IMG/VR virus record: IMGVR_UViG_3300039448_000022
Location: 1-54,217 of that record
Length of the DNA stretch: 54,217 nucleotides
From: a virus
Lineage: Duplodnaviria; Caudoviricetes
Reading direction: 5' to 3' (one strand)
This document shows positions 15,951 to 24,764 of this stretch, piece by piece. The notes below the pieces were generated by a model that searched no databases, was not told the DNA's origin, and saw only the letters and a list, made by a program, of their open reading frames with translations. A program made the position numbers and the translations under genes. Positions within the stretch are counted from its first letter, which is position 1, and each line of letters starts with the position of its first letter.

Positions 15951-18480
15951 GCGTGTTCTGCTTCAGAACGATAAAAGGTGGAAGCCGTTCATTGCTCGAT
16001 ACGCGAGTGACCCGGAAAGGTTCGCTCGCGAGGTTCAAGGTATCTTTCTTTCTGAACAGCAAACCGACCTTGCAGCGTTAGTCGCCTCTCCTGATTCACG
16101 TACCGCCGTCCCCTCTGGTCATGGCTGTTTTGCGAAAGGCACCGAGATTATGTTGGCGTCTGGTGACGTAATTCCGGTTGAAGAAATACTACCTGGTCAA
16201 CGAGTTATGGCTGCCAACGGTCAGTCTTCACGCCTTGTGTGCGAACTGCGTCGCGGTCGCGAAAACATGTACCGTTTCACATACAACGATGGTACTTCTC
16301 ACGTTTTCAATGAGTCACACATATTGTGTTTAGTGGCCACAAACACCAAAGGCCGACGTACTGCTGGCGATAAAATAACCGTTACGGTTCGTGAGTGGCT
16401 TACGTGGGGCGAAGACAAAAAGCGCTGCCATGCCATCTATCGCAGCTCAGTAAAAAGTTTTGATCAGGCTGAGACTTCGCTGCCGTTACCTGCCTACGTT
16501 TTGGGGGTGTGGCTTGGTGATGGTCATACGTCTGCTGCAAGGGTAACGACCGCCGATCCAGAGATAAAGCAGGCGCTGCAAACGTATGTCGATAGCACGG
16601 GTACTTTGTGCCTGAAGCATGTAGCAAAGTGTGGTAATGCTGAAACGCTGTCACTGTCGACAACAAAGTGGCAAGACAATGCTTTTATCAATGGTCTTCG
16701 TGATGCGGGAGTGTTTGCTGATAAGCACATCCCCGATAAATACCTGTTTGCTCCATTGGTTGATCGGCTGGAATTGCTTGCTGGCCTCATTGATACAGAC
16801 GGAAGTCGGGATGCTTATGGTTATGATTTTATTCAGAAGTCAGAGCGCTTGGCTCGGCAGGTGGCGTGGCTTGCCCGGTCGGTCGGTTGTCACTCGACCA
16901 TAAAACAGACGACAAAAGTGTGTGGTAACACTGGCGTGTCCGGTACTTATTGGCGGGTAACCATTGGCCGCAATACAGATACGATACCTGTGCGCGTGGA
17001 ACGGAAGAAGGTCAATAATCCGAATAGCCAGCGGCGTAACCTGCATTTCGGAATCAAGTCGTGCGAGCCACTGGGCGAGGGTGATTATTTCGGTTTTGTG
17101 CTTGATGGTGATCACCGATTCCTTGGTGGCGACTTCACTGTTCTTCATAACACCGGTAAAACCACCTCAATTGCGAATCTTTGTGTCTGGCACCTTCTTT
17201 GTTTCGCATTTTCAAACACTTTGATGACCGCCAACGACATGGACCAGATGAAGGTAACTATCTGGAAAGAAATCGGTTTGGCGGTTGGGAGAATAAAGAA
17301 GGGGCCACACGCTTGGATCGCTGACCATATCGAAATCTTGGCAGACGGTAAGGCGCGTATTGTTGGGTATGAAGACACTTGGTTTATTGAGGCTAAGACA
17401 GCAAACGCTAAAAATGCGAACAAGATGGCAGGTCGTCACGCTGACTATCTGTTGATTATTGCTGACGAAGCCTCAACGGTGCCTGATGAAGTCCTAACGA
17501 CACTTTCAGGTGCGCTATCGTCCGGTGCCGGCAATAGAATGTTGATGACCAGTCAGCCAACAAGAACGGCTGGGTTCTTTTACCGTGCCTGTCACGAGCT
17601 TAGTATTTTCAATGGCGGCAAATGGACTCCGCTTACTCTTAGCTCTGTTGATTCGCCGTGGGTGTCTGAAGAAGCCCTTGAAGAATGGTGGAATACCTAC
17701 GATGAAGATGAGCGTTTAATTCGAATTCTGGGTGTGTTCCCTCAGAATTCGAATAAGTTCATGATGGGTCGCCGTGACGCTGAGAAAATGTACAACTTTG
17801 ACACGCCTATTATCGGTGAGGATGATGACTGGGGGTGGATGGTTCTCACTGACGTGGCGTTAGGTGAAGGACTTAGGGATAAGTCTGCATGTATTGCTGT
17901 TCGTGTATATGGCCATGGTGAGCAGCGTAAAGTAGAAGTGATGGAGATCCCATTCTTTACGAATGGCATACGCTCCAATAAATTGCCGTTCCATATTGTT
18001 GAGGCTGGCAATGATCTTGATAACGTAACGTATGGCGTAGATGCAGGCGGGATAGGTGGGACTACGTGCCAAAACCTAGAAGACATGTCGGTGCCGGTTA
18101 AACGTATTCACTGGGGCAACCCGTGTTTCCGTAAACGAAATAAAGAGCGTTACTTAAATCTCCGTGCTCAAGCAATGCACCAGGCAGCGCTCGCAGCTAA
18201 GCAAGGCCGTCTAATTGTTCGTACTACTAAGTTTAAGAAGTTTGTCATTGAACAAGCCTCTCGCATACCTAAAGACTGGACGGGCAAAGCATTAATTAAA
18301 GTGCCAGAAAAAGGCTCAACCGCTTGGGAGGGCATGAAGTCTCCCGATTTATGGGATGCTATTTGTTTCGCGTTCTTAGAAGGTCTGGACTATGCGCAGT
18401 CTTCGGATGCTGCAAATGATACCGGCGCGGTGAAGTCGCTAGAAGATTTAGCCGATGATGCGTTCGCAGACATCGCATAA
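15940..18480 (+). CDS. terminase large subunit (P1 PacB-like) containing an intein
   Basis: Walker A SGHG|TGKT split by the intein; IIADEAS Walker B; LTDVA, GVDAGG and SPDLWDA nuclease motifs. Confidence 0.93.
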   Translation: MPIKRVLLQNDKRWKPFIARYASDPERFAREVQGIFLSEQQTDLAALVASPDSRTAVPSGHGCFAKGTEIMLASGDVIPVEEILPGQRVMAANGQSSRLVCELRRGRENMYRFTYNDGTSHVFNESHILCLVATNTKGRRTAGDKITVTVREWLTWGEDKKRCHAIYRSSVKSFDQAETSLPLPAYVLGVWLGDGHTSAARVTTADPEIKQALQTYVDSTGTLCLKHVAKCGNAETLSLSTTKWQDNAFINGLRDAGVFADKHIPDKYLFAPLVDRLELLAGLIDTDGSRDAYGYDFIQKSERLARQVAWLARSVGCHSTIKQTTKVCGNTGVSGTYWRVTIGRNTDTIPVRVERKKVNNPNSQRRNLHFGIKSCEPLGEGDYFGFVLDGDHRFLGGDFTVLHNTGKTTSIANLCVWHLLCFAFSNTLMTANDMDQMKVTIWKEIGLAVGRIKKGPHAWIADHIEILADGKARIVGYEDTWFIEAKTANAKNANKMAGRHADYLLIIADEASTVPDEVLTTLSGALSSGAGNRMLMTSQPTRTAGFFYRACHELSIFNGGKWTPLTLSSVDSPWVSEEALEEWWNTYDEDERLIRILGVFPQNSNKFMMGRRDAEKMYNFDTPIIGEDDDWGWMVLTDVALGEGLRDKSACIAVRVYGHGEQRKVEVMEIPFFTNGIRSNKLPFHIVEAGNDLDNVTYGVDAGGIGGTTCQNLEDMSVPVKRIHWGNPCFRKRNKERYLNLRAQAMHQAALAAKQGRLIVRTTKFKKFVIEQASRIPKDWTGKALIKVPEKGSTAWEGMKSPDLWDAICFAFLEGLDYAQSSDAANDTGAVKSLEDLADDAFADIA
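16126..17151 (+). mobile_element. intein with LAGLIDADG homing endonuclease (342 aa)
   Basis: CFAKGT N-terminus, VLHN/T C-terminus, LGVWLGDG and LAGLIDTDG motifs. Confidence 0.95.
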
Positions 18481-18520
18481 GGAAACCCACGAAAATTCCC
18501 CTCCTGCTTAGCTGGATAAT
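18481..18520 (+). promoter_or_regulatory. putative late promoter 1
   Basis: GGAAA-N29-GATAAT. Confidence 0.65.
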
Positions 18521-18548
18521 TAACGAAAGTTTATAACGTTGGTTATCT

Positions 18549-19274
18549 ATGAGTATTACAACAGTTCGTCTTAAGCGATTTACCGCCCACTTGCGAGAGT
18601 TGAAAGTGGGTGAGTGCATGACACTTGCCAAGATGGCGCCGGAGCGAGATCACGTATCAACGAGTACGTTACTTAAATACATTGTTGATGATGCTAGTGG
18701 CTTGGTAACAGATCCGCTCGAGTGGACGGTAGAAGAACGACTGATGGTCAAGGCCATGTATATGTCGGGTACGTTGGAAGATGGCCCGGATTTTAGCGTC
18801 GGCGATGACGCTAAGTTCACTGATTATGCGATGGGTGATAAGGATTATATTGCTGATAGCGTAGATGTTGACGGCTTTAGCGTTATTAACATGACTGGTC
18901 GATTGGCAGAATCAATAGAGCGTCTTGAGGGCGAAATAGAAGTGTCAGAGTACGGGCACTGGTTAATGGGGTCGATAGCCGCCCGCCTTCATTCTGGCGT
19001 TGTAAACATCCCTGATAACGATTCTGACTTGGATGCATGGGCATTTGAGAGAATTAAAGAATTATTGTCACTTGATCAATCAGAATTCTCTAAGCGCTGC
19101 ATGATACTTGCCACCGGTAACGAAAAAACCAATCACTTATTTAACCTGACGATTGCCCAAGCTGGGGGCTATGCCGTCGCACCCAGGGAGGGAGAGTCTG
19201 AACTGCCTCTCGCCCGATTTCCAGTGGATGCCGTCATCCAGGGAGTCACGAAAGCAATGGGTGGGAAATCTTGA
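18549..19274 (+). CDS. P1 PmgC-like morphogenetic protein (possible tail assembly chaperone)
   Basis: DPLEWTVEERL resembles the PmgC DPLTWT motif; first gene of a late operon. Confidence 0.6.
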   Translation: MSITTVRLKRFTAHLRELKVGECMTLAKMAPERDHVSTSTLLKYIVDDASGLVTDPLEWTVEERLMVKAMYMSGTLEDGPDFSVGDDAKFTDYAMGDKDYIADSVDVDGFSVINMTGRLAESIERLEGEIEVSEYGHWLMGSIAARLHSGVVNIPDNDSDLDAWAFERIKELLSLDQSEFSKRCMILATGNEKTNHLFNLTIAQAGGYAVAPREGESELPLARFPVDAVIQGVTKAMGGKS

Positions 19275-19476
19275 GAATTACACCCACCATCTTGCGTTAT
19301 ATTTTGGATCATCATTATCCGATGCTGAGAATACAACGCTAAGCAGTATGGAGCGCTTCTTTGAGGGCGATGCATACAAAGGTTGGATTAAAGAGCGGGA
19401 AGCAAAAGCAAAGTTTAATAACTTGCTTTTGGGGCGAATAGACAATCTAACAAAAGCCGTTAGTTCGAGAAGGTAG
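19261..19476 (+). CDS. small overlapping ORF, possible frameshift extension of the upstream gene
   Basis: +1 frame open from 19153; no convincing RBS of its own; start uncertain. Confidence 0.5.
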   Translation: MGNLENYTHHLALYFGSSLSDAENTTLSSMERFFEGDAYKGWIKEREAKAKFNNLLLGRIDNLTKAVSSRR

Positions 19477-19481
19477 GGTTT

Positions 19482-19832
19482 GTGGCAGACGTGAATACTT
19501 TGGCTCTAGGGGCCACGACGATAGTAATACCTGTCGGCGCTTCGCTAATTGGGCTGGATGCTGAGAGGGCGATTGGTGCCCTTGCTGGAGCGACGGTATT
19601 TATTACAAGCGCTAAAGACATACCACCAATTTCCAAAGTCTTATATTTACTGGTAAGCGTTGTGATTGGTTACGGGGTCACGGCTGAAATTATTAGTAAC
19701 ACGATTATCGAGTCAAAAGTGTTTGCTGGATTTGTCGGCGGCTTATCGGTTGTTACTGTGAGCCTTGGCATTTTAGAAGCAGTTAAGAATGGCGACATTC
19801 TTAAGCACTTTCGGGGCGGTGGTAGAAAATGA
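19482..19832 (+). CDS. putative holin or antiholin
   Basis: Several hydrophobic segments, basic C-terminus, upstream of the endolysin. Confidence 0.75.
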   Translation: MADVNTLALGATTIVIPVGASLIGLDAERAIGALAGATVFITSAKDIPPISKVLYLLVSVVIGYGVTAEIISNTIIESKVFAGFVGGLSVVTVSLGILEAVKNGDILKHFRGGGRK

Positions 19833-20122
19833 GCAGCGCTGATCTTATTTTGATATTTCTCTGTGTGGCTATTGTTATTCGTCTTGTGACGTTCAATCGA
19901 ACGAAAGAACGGGCGCAATTTAAGCGTCGTTATAGCGTCTTGGCTTGGCTTATGACCATGGCGTTTGGGTCTATCGCTATTTCGGTTCTATCGCGCGACG
20001 TGTGTGTCTCTGGCCCCGCATTGCTACTAATCCCCCCTGTTTTTATTGTCTGTTTGTTTGTCTTTTACGAGCGCGGCAATGTCGCTTCGCTTGTTCGGCT
20101 GATACGAGGTGAGAAAGTATGA
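19829..20122 (+). CDS. putative holin (DUF754-like)
   Basis: Three TM segments, RGNVASL C-terminal motif. Confidence 0.8.
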   Translation: MSSADLILIFLCVAIVIRLVTFNRTKERAQFKRRYSVLAWLMTMAFGSIAISVLSRDVCVSGPALLLIPPVFIVCLFVFYERGNVASLVRLIRGEKV

Positions 20123-20550
20123 CTATTGTCGATCTAATTGCACGCTATGAAGGGTTCCGCGAAGAAGCTTATTACTGTTCTGAAGGTTATCCCACTATCG
20201 CTTACGGCAAGAAAATCGGGCCGAAGGGAGCACCTTTAGAAAATTATATTTTCACCGTCCCTCAGATTGTTGCTACCCGCTGGCTAAAAGTTGATATTGA
20301 GCAAATTGCTCCTCAGGTGAATGACTTGTGTCCTGGGCTGGATGGTGTTCGTCATGGAGCGCTTGTCAGCATGGTGTACCAAATGGGCCTTAATGGCGTT
20401 AAAAACTTCCGCAATATGATTGCAGCGCTTAAAGATGGTGATTGGCAGCGCGCACATGATGAAGCTCTTGATAGCCGGTGGGCAGAACAAACGCCTAAGC
20501 GCGCATTGCAGACGGCAAATATGTTACTCACTGGTCAGTGGCCAGCGTAA
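20119..20550 (+). CDS. endolysin, GH24 T4-lysozyme-like
   Basis: EGFREEAYYCSEGYPTIAYG...MVYQMG..GVKNFRNM...SRWAEQTPKRA. Confidence 0.92.
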   Translation: MTIVDLIARYEGFREEAYYCSEGYPTIAYGKKIGPKGAPLENYIFTVPQIVATRWLKVDIEQIAPQVNDLCPGLDGVRHGALVSMVYQMGLNGVKNFRNMIAALKDGDWQRAHDEALDSRWAEQTPKRALQTANMLLTGQWPA

Positions 20551-20559
20551 ACCGAGGCA

Positions 20560-21072
20560 ATGCTTATGCTAGGTAAAAAGGTAATTGCTGGTATCGTACT
20601 GGCGCTTTTTTTGGCTGGATTTGGTGCTGGCTATGCGTGGGCAAAGAAAGCTCAGGCAGAAAAGGAAACAGTTCAAGCGGAAGCCGATACCAAAGAAGTC
20701 GAGCGACAAAAGGAAGTTGTTGTTGAAACTGTCATTAAATACGTTGACCGGGTACGGACTATTGAAGTCAAAGGCGACGACATTTTAAAAGAGGTGTTTA
20801 AGTATGTCCCGAATGATGATTGCGTTGTTACCCCTGATGCTGTGCGCTTGCTCAACGTCGCAGCCGAAAATCTGCCACTACCCGGAACCCCCGGAGATAT
20901 TAATGGCAGCCCCGGTCCCGCTAGAAACGATTTAATTAAATGCGCAACCTTGGCGCACGCGGTTAGCGTTACGGTTAAAAACTATGAGCAGTATCATAAG
21001 CTAGCCGCTCAGACTGAAGCGCTCCAGTCGTTTATTCGTGATACCGGAAAACACGAACTAAAGCCGCCTTAG
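20560..21072 (+). CDS. spanin (Rz-like)
   Basis: N-terminal TM, coiled coil, position after the endolysin. Confidence 0.7.
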   Translation: MLMLGKKVIAGIVLALFLAGFGAGYAWAKKAQAEKETVQAEADTKEVERQKEVVVETVIKYVDRVRTIEVKGDDILKEVFKYVPNDDCVVTPDAVRLLNVAAENLPLPGTPGDINGSPGPARNDLIKCATLAHAVSVTVKNYEQYHKLAAQTEALQSFIRDTGKHELKPP

Positions 21073-21085
21073 TCTCTAGCAAAAT
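21046..21085 (+). promoter_or_regulatory. putative late promoter 2
   Basis: GGAAA-N29-CAAAAT. Confidence 0.65.
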
Positions 21086-21112
21086 GTCCTTATTGAAATC
21101 GAGGACGTTAAA

Positions 21113-21616
21113 ATGGCAGTTTCTAATGCAGGTTTATTAAAAGACATTCATAGCAAGACCGGCGCACTCGCCCCAAAAGCAATTGCGTCAGATTTTATGG
21201 CCGTAATTAAGGGGTTTGAAAATCATAAATTCCTTATTCGTCAAATCCCATGGCCTGTACTCGCAACAGGCGAAGCAATGGAAGTTCCCGGCCCTCTTGG
21301 GCTTGTTGAATGGCAGCCGACTCAGGCAAAAACACACCAGCAAGGCGCGCTCGTATTAATGGAGACCGTGGATGGCATGGTCGACAATATGCTTATCGCG
21401 TTGCTTTTGCAGGGGGGCACTTTTGAAATGACGGCTTATGAAGGCACTGACGAAGTATTTACTCGTGCTAAGCGTTATCACAAATGCAGCTTAAGTGCGG
21501 AGCCTGTTGATCGTGACTGGGAAAGTCGTCAGCAACCCATGCAAATTAACGGCACTTTGTTCTATCACTACTACGGTGATGACATCGACGGTAATACTGA
21601 GACATTAAATGGCTAA
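21113..21616 (+). CDS. P1 BplB-like tail tube-fold protein
   Basis: Recalled similarity to BplB (SDF..I.GFE...GPLG...ETVDG). Confidence 0.7.
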   Translation: MAVSNAGLLKDIHSKTGALAPKAIASDFMAVIKGFENHKFLIRQIPWPVLATGEAMEVPGPLGLVEWQPTQAKTHQQGALVLMETVDGMVDNMLIALLLQGGTFEMTAYEGTDEVFTRAKRYHKCSLSAEPVDRDWESRQQPMQINGTLFYHYYGDDIDGNTETLNG

Positions 21617-21980
21617 TATTTCAGAGCTGGTTCAAAGCTATATCGATAACCACGACAGTTGTATGTTGGAGCTAGACGACGTTCTAGGTTTGGCTGTCAA
21701 TGCGGTTCAGTACTATGCCGGGTGGAAATCGCTAGAAGAAGCTGAAGATGAGACTTATGAAATATCGGTTAATACTGTCTTGACCGCTGGGGAGTGGACG
21801 TTAATTAATCCACTCTTTTTGCTGTATGTCGAAAAAGAGCAGGCTACACAGATGGAGTCTGCCCAAGTGATGGGGATTACTCAGTACGGTCGCACATCGA
21901 GCGAAGTGCAATCTGATATAGCTGCAATACAAGAGTCGTTACCACGGCTTTCGTTTTCCAGTGAAATCATTACCGTATGA
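21609..21980 (+). CDS. P1 PmgG-like morphogenetic protein
   Basis: YAGW...LTAGEWTLINPL...YGRTSSEV...LPRLSF; bplB-pmgG linkage as in P1. Confidence 0.7.
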   Translation: MANISELVQSYIDNHDSCMLELDDVLGLAVNAVQYYAGWKSLEEAEDETYEISVNTVLTAGEWTLINPLFLLYVEKEQATQMESAQVMGITQYGRTSSEVQSDIAAIQESLPRLSFSSEIITV

Positions 21981-22864
21981 TCCTCTTTTTTGGCAATGGC
22001 AATCAGGTGCGAGGCGATACGTTACTGTATTCGTCATTGCGCTCTGATTTGTCGCCAGTGCCGATGACGCTTGAAGCGGATATTAGTTCTGATGGTGAAA
22101 CGTCAGTGTTTCTTCAAGAGGGTAAGACACTTACTCTTGGTAGTGGTGAAGTCTTCCAGATCATAAAAAGCGAGCCTACCGCTGTAAATGCCGTGCAGGG
22201 TGATAGGATTATTTCTGCTGTACGTGTTACCTGTCTTTTGCAAAGCACTATGCAAGTTGCTTTTGTTCAGCCTCGTCCCATTATTCTTGAAAAAACTACG
22301 TTGTCAGCGGTATATCGTGCGGCGGGTGCTAGCGTGTCTGGTGTTAAGTCTGACATCGACATTGACCGGTTTTATTGCTTTGTTGGGCAGACGCCAAGCT
22401 ATGCCATTCGTCAGGTGATGCATGAGCAGGGTGGCTCTATTCGTTGGAGTGGGCGACGGTTGGAGTTCTTGAGGTATCGAGATCTATTGGCCCAGAAGCC
22501 TGAACTAACATTGTCTGATATTGGCGTGATTAATATCGAGAGTGACTTTTTAAAGCGTCACCAAGTTCCGAATTATTTTACCGTTACGGAATCAGGCGAA
22601 ATAAAAAAAGGAAGTTGGCCAGAAGAGCGAACGGTTCAGTTTGCACCTGGTAAGCGCACCCTTCAGCTAAACAATATGGCTCAGTCACTGGTTCAGAGAG
22701 CCACAACAAAACTAGCGTACAACCAGAGCCTTACCGCTGGCATGACAGTGCTTATGGCGGGGCGTAAAAAACCTTTAGTTGTTATTACCGCGGTACACGT
22801 CAACGATCCGCGCGCTACGCCAGCGCAGTACACAAAAATATTTTTAGCCAGCCTAGAGGAATAG
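21977..22864 (+). CDS. P1 PmgF-like baseplate hub protein
   Basis: LRSDLSPVPMTLE...VYRAAGA...VVITAVH. Confidence 0.7.
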   Translation: MILFFGNGNQVRGDTLLYSSLRSDLSPVPMTLEADISSDGETSVFLQEGKTLTLGSGEVFQIIKSEPTAVNAVQGDRIISAVRVTCLLQSTMQVAFVQPRPIILEKTTLSAVYRAAGASVSGVKSDIDIDRFYCFVGQTPSYAIRQVMHEQGGSIRWSGRRLEFLRYRDLLAQKPELTLSDIGVINIESDFLKRHQVPNYFTVTESGEIKKGSWPEERTVQFAPGKRTLQLNNMAQSLVQRATTKLAYNQSLTAGMTVLMAGRKKPLVVITAVHVNDPRATPAQYTKIFLASLEE

Positions 22865-22866
22865 CT

Positions 22867-23448
22867 ATGCAAGTGCTTCCTGGTCGATACCCTGCCACTG
22901 TTGCTGAATACCTGCCTGAGTCGAGACAGGCGCGAATAACCATTCCTAACGTGACGACGGGCGGCAAGTTGCAGCCACTTGCTGAAATTGAATACCCGGT
23001 AGGTGATCGCTCACGCGGTGATAATTCCACCGAGATTGAAATAGTCGAAGGGGACAGTGTTTGGATTGCATTTATCGGCGGTGATTCTCGCTATCCAATC
23101 ATTACCGGGTTTCGTAACCCTAATTCAGGCAATGACATCGAGTGGCGCCGGTTTCACCATGCCAATATTGAATTGTTGGCTGATGATGCGATCAACATTA
23201 TTGCCACCGATGGTGATACGTCGGTAAAAATGGGTGCCAATGGCATTGAGATTAAAACCGATAAAGATGTGACCGTTGATGTAGGAGGTAATGTTTCTGT
23301 TGATGCCGGTGGTGATGCAACAGTGAAGGCCGCAAGCATTACGATGAATGACGGAACGCTTGGCGGTTGCGTCGGAGAGTTAACGCCCTGTCAATTTACG
23401 GGTGCTCCCCATGCCGGCGCCTCAGTAAGCGTTAAGATAGGCTTGTAA
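22867..23448 (+). CDS. baseplate spike (gpV / P1 gp5-UpfC-like)
   Basis: OB-fold AEIEYP..GDSVWIAFIGGDSRYPII; beta-helix VDVGGNVSV; C-terminal CQFTGAPH. Confidence 0.8.
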   Translation: MQVLPGRYPATVAEYLPESRQARITIPNVTTGGKLQPLAEIEYPVGDRSRGDNSTEIEIVEGDSVWIAFIGGDSRYPIITGFRNPNSGNDIEWRRFHHANIELLADDAINIIATDGDTSVKMGANGIEIKTDKDVTVDVGGNVSVDAGGDATVKAASITMNDGTLGGCVGELTPCQFTGAPHAGASVSVKIGL

Positions 23449-23909
23449 TGCCAAGCCCCGGTGCCAGCGATATTAAAGATGCTTTGAATGCCGCGACATT
23501 CTCAGTCACGCAAACCGTTGCCGGCGAAACAAAAACGATTGATTGCGGCTTTGCTGATGACGCTCCTGTTGTCGTTGGATTAGCCGCGGCAATAGATGCG
23601 GGGTGGACCAGTTCTAGCCCCGCGACAACAACCACGATGACCGCGACTATAACCGCGCAATTCCCCAATCTTGCTTCAGCTCCCGGTCTGGCTTACTTGG
23701 TGGCCATAGGAATCGCTATTGATGCTGAGACGGCGCTTTGGGTGGCTTCATGGAATTCAACGTCAGCAAAGCATATGTATGCGCCAAGCAAAGCAACAAC
23801 ATACGCAAAGTATCTTGCCGCGGTAACTAACCAATACCCAGGCGTAAACGCTTTGGCGAATGCTGCGATTGATACGTTTATTGCTGAGTTTGACCCTGCA
23901 GCCGGATAA
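23448..23909 (+). CDS. hypothetical Ala/Thr-rich structural protein
   Basis: Coupled to the spike gene. Confidence 0.65.
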   Translation: MPSPGASDIKDALNAATFSVTQTVAGETKTIDCGFADDAPVVVGLAAAIDAGWTSSSPATTTTMTATITAQFPNLASAPGLAYLVAIGIAIDAETALWVASWNSTSAKHMYAPSKATTYAKYLAAVTNQYPGVNALANAAIDTFIAEFDPAAG

Positions 23910-23910
23910 C

Positions 23911-23950
23911 GGAAAGCTCAGCATATTCATACCCCTCAATCCCACAAAAT
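23911..23950 (+). promoter_or_regulatory. putative late promoter 3
   Basis: GGAAA-N29-CAAAAT. Confidence 0.65.
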
Positions 23951-23975
23951 AGTGGGTAAATACTGGGGGTTCTCT

Positions 23976-24764
23976 ATGAAATCAAACCACATCTTATTTC
24001 CATTCGATAAAAGCCAAATTAATGCGACTCAAAAGCGAAAGATTGCTCAGCTCTTTAAAAAGGGTGGGGCTGAAGTGCTTGAGGTCGAGGTGGATTCTAA
24101 AACCTCCACAACGGCAGGCATTAAAAACCGACAAATCAATATCAGCTTTACTGATTCCCAGTCGGTAACGATGTTTGTTAAAGAGTCGGGTGACGTTTAT
24201 CAGGTGATGGTGAATAAGCGTCGTGTGCCGATGAAAGAACAAGACGATCATGAAGGCGCCATTAAGGAAATTGCAGCCCGTCTTGAAGCCGGCCGTACCG
24301 CTTTTCAGAAGCGACTTTCAAAAATCAAAGCCCCAAAGCCGCGCGGCGTAAAGGCGACCTCCCGTAAAAAAGTGACTTACATACAAGAGCGCAAAAAGGC
24401 GCTAGTGGAAGAGCTTCACGTTGTCCGCAATAAAATCGACGTGCTAAAAGCCGCAGCTGAAGGTGGCAGCAACGACGATGTAGCTGGCTCAGAGCCTGAA
24501 GCAGCTACAGAGTCACCAATTGATAATGTTGTGACTTATCAGCTGGTCAAGAAAAATGAATATCAGTATCAAATAAAACAGGGCCGGAAAGTTGTAGACA
24601 AAATCATAAGCGTCACTGGTGGCTGGGCTGTAAAGAGCAAGATATTTGATTCCGTTTCAGAGGCGGTTGAATGGTTCAAGGTCATGCAGAAAAATACATT
24701 GATGGCGTTTTCTGATCGCGAAGTAGACGTGCGTGTCGATGGTTTGATTCAGGAGGCAGCATGA
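23976..24764 (+). CDS. hdf: Hdf-like protein (DarA N-domain paralogue)
   Basis: FTDSQSVTMFVKESGDVYQVMVN..VP...AFQKRL; upstream of darA as in P1. Confidence 0.75.
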   Translation: MKSNHILFPFDKSQINATQKRKIAQLFKKGGAEVLEVEVDSKTSTTAGIKNRQINISFTDSQSVTMFVKESGDVYQVMVNKRRVPMKEQDDHEGAIKEIAARLEAGRTAFQKRLSKIKAPKPRGVKATSRKKVTYIQERKKALVEELHVVRNKIDVLKAAAEGGSNDDVAGSEPEAATESPIDNVVTYQLVKKNEYQYQIKQGRKVVDKIISVTGGWAVKSKIFDSVSEAVEWFKVMQKNTLMAFSDREVDVRVDGLIQEAA

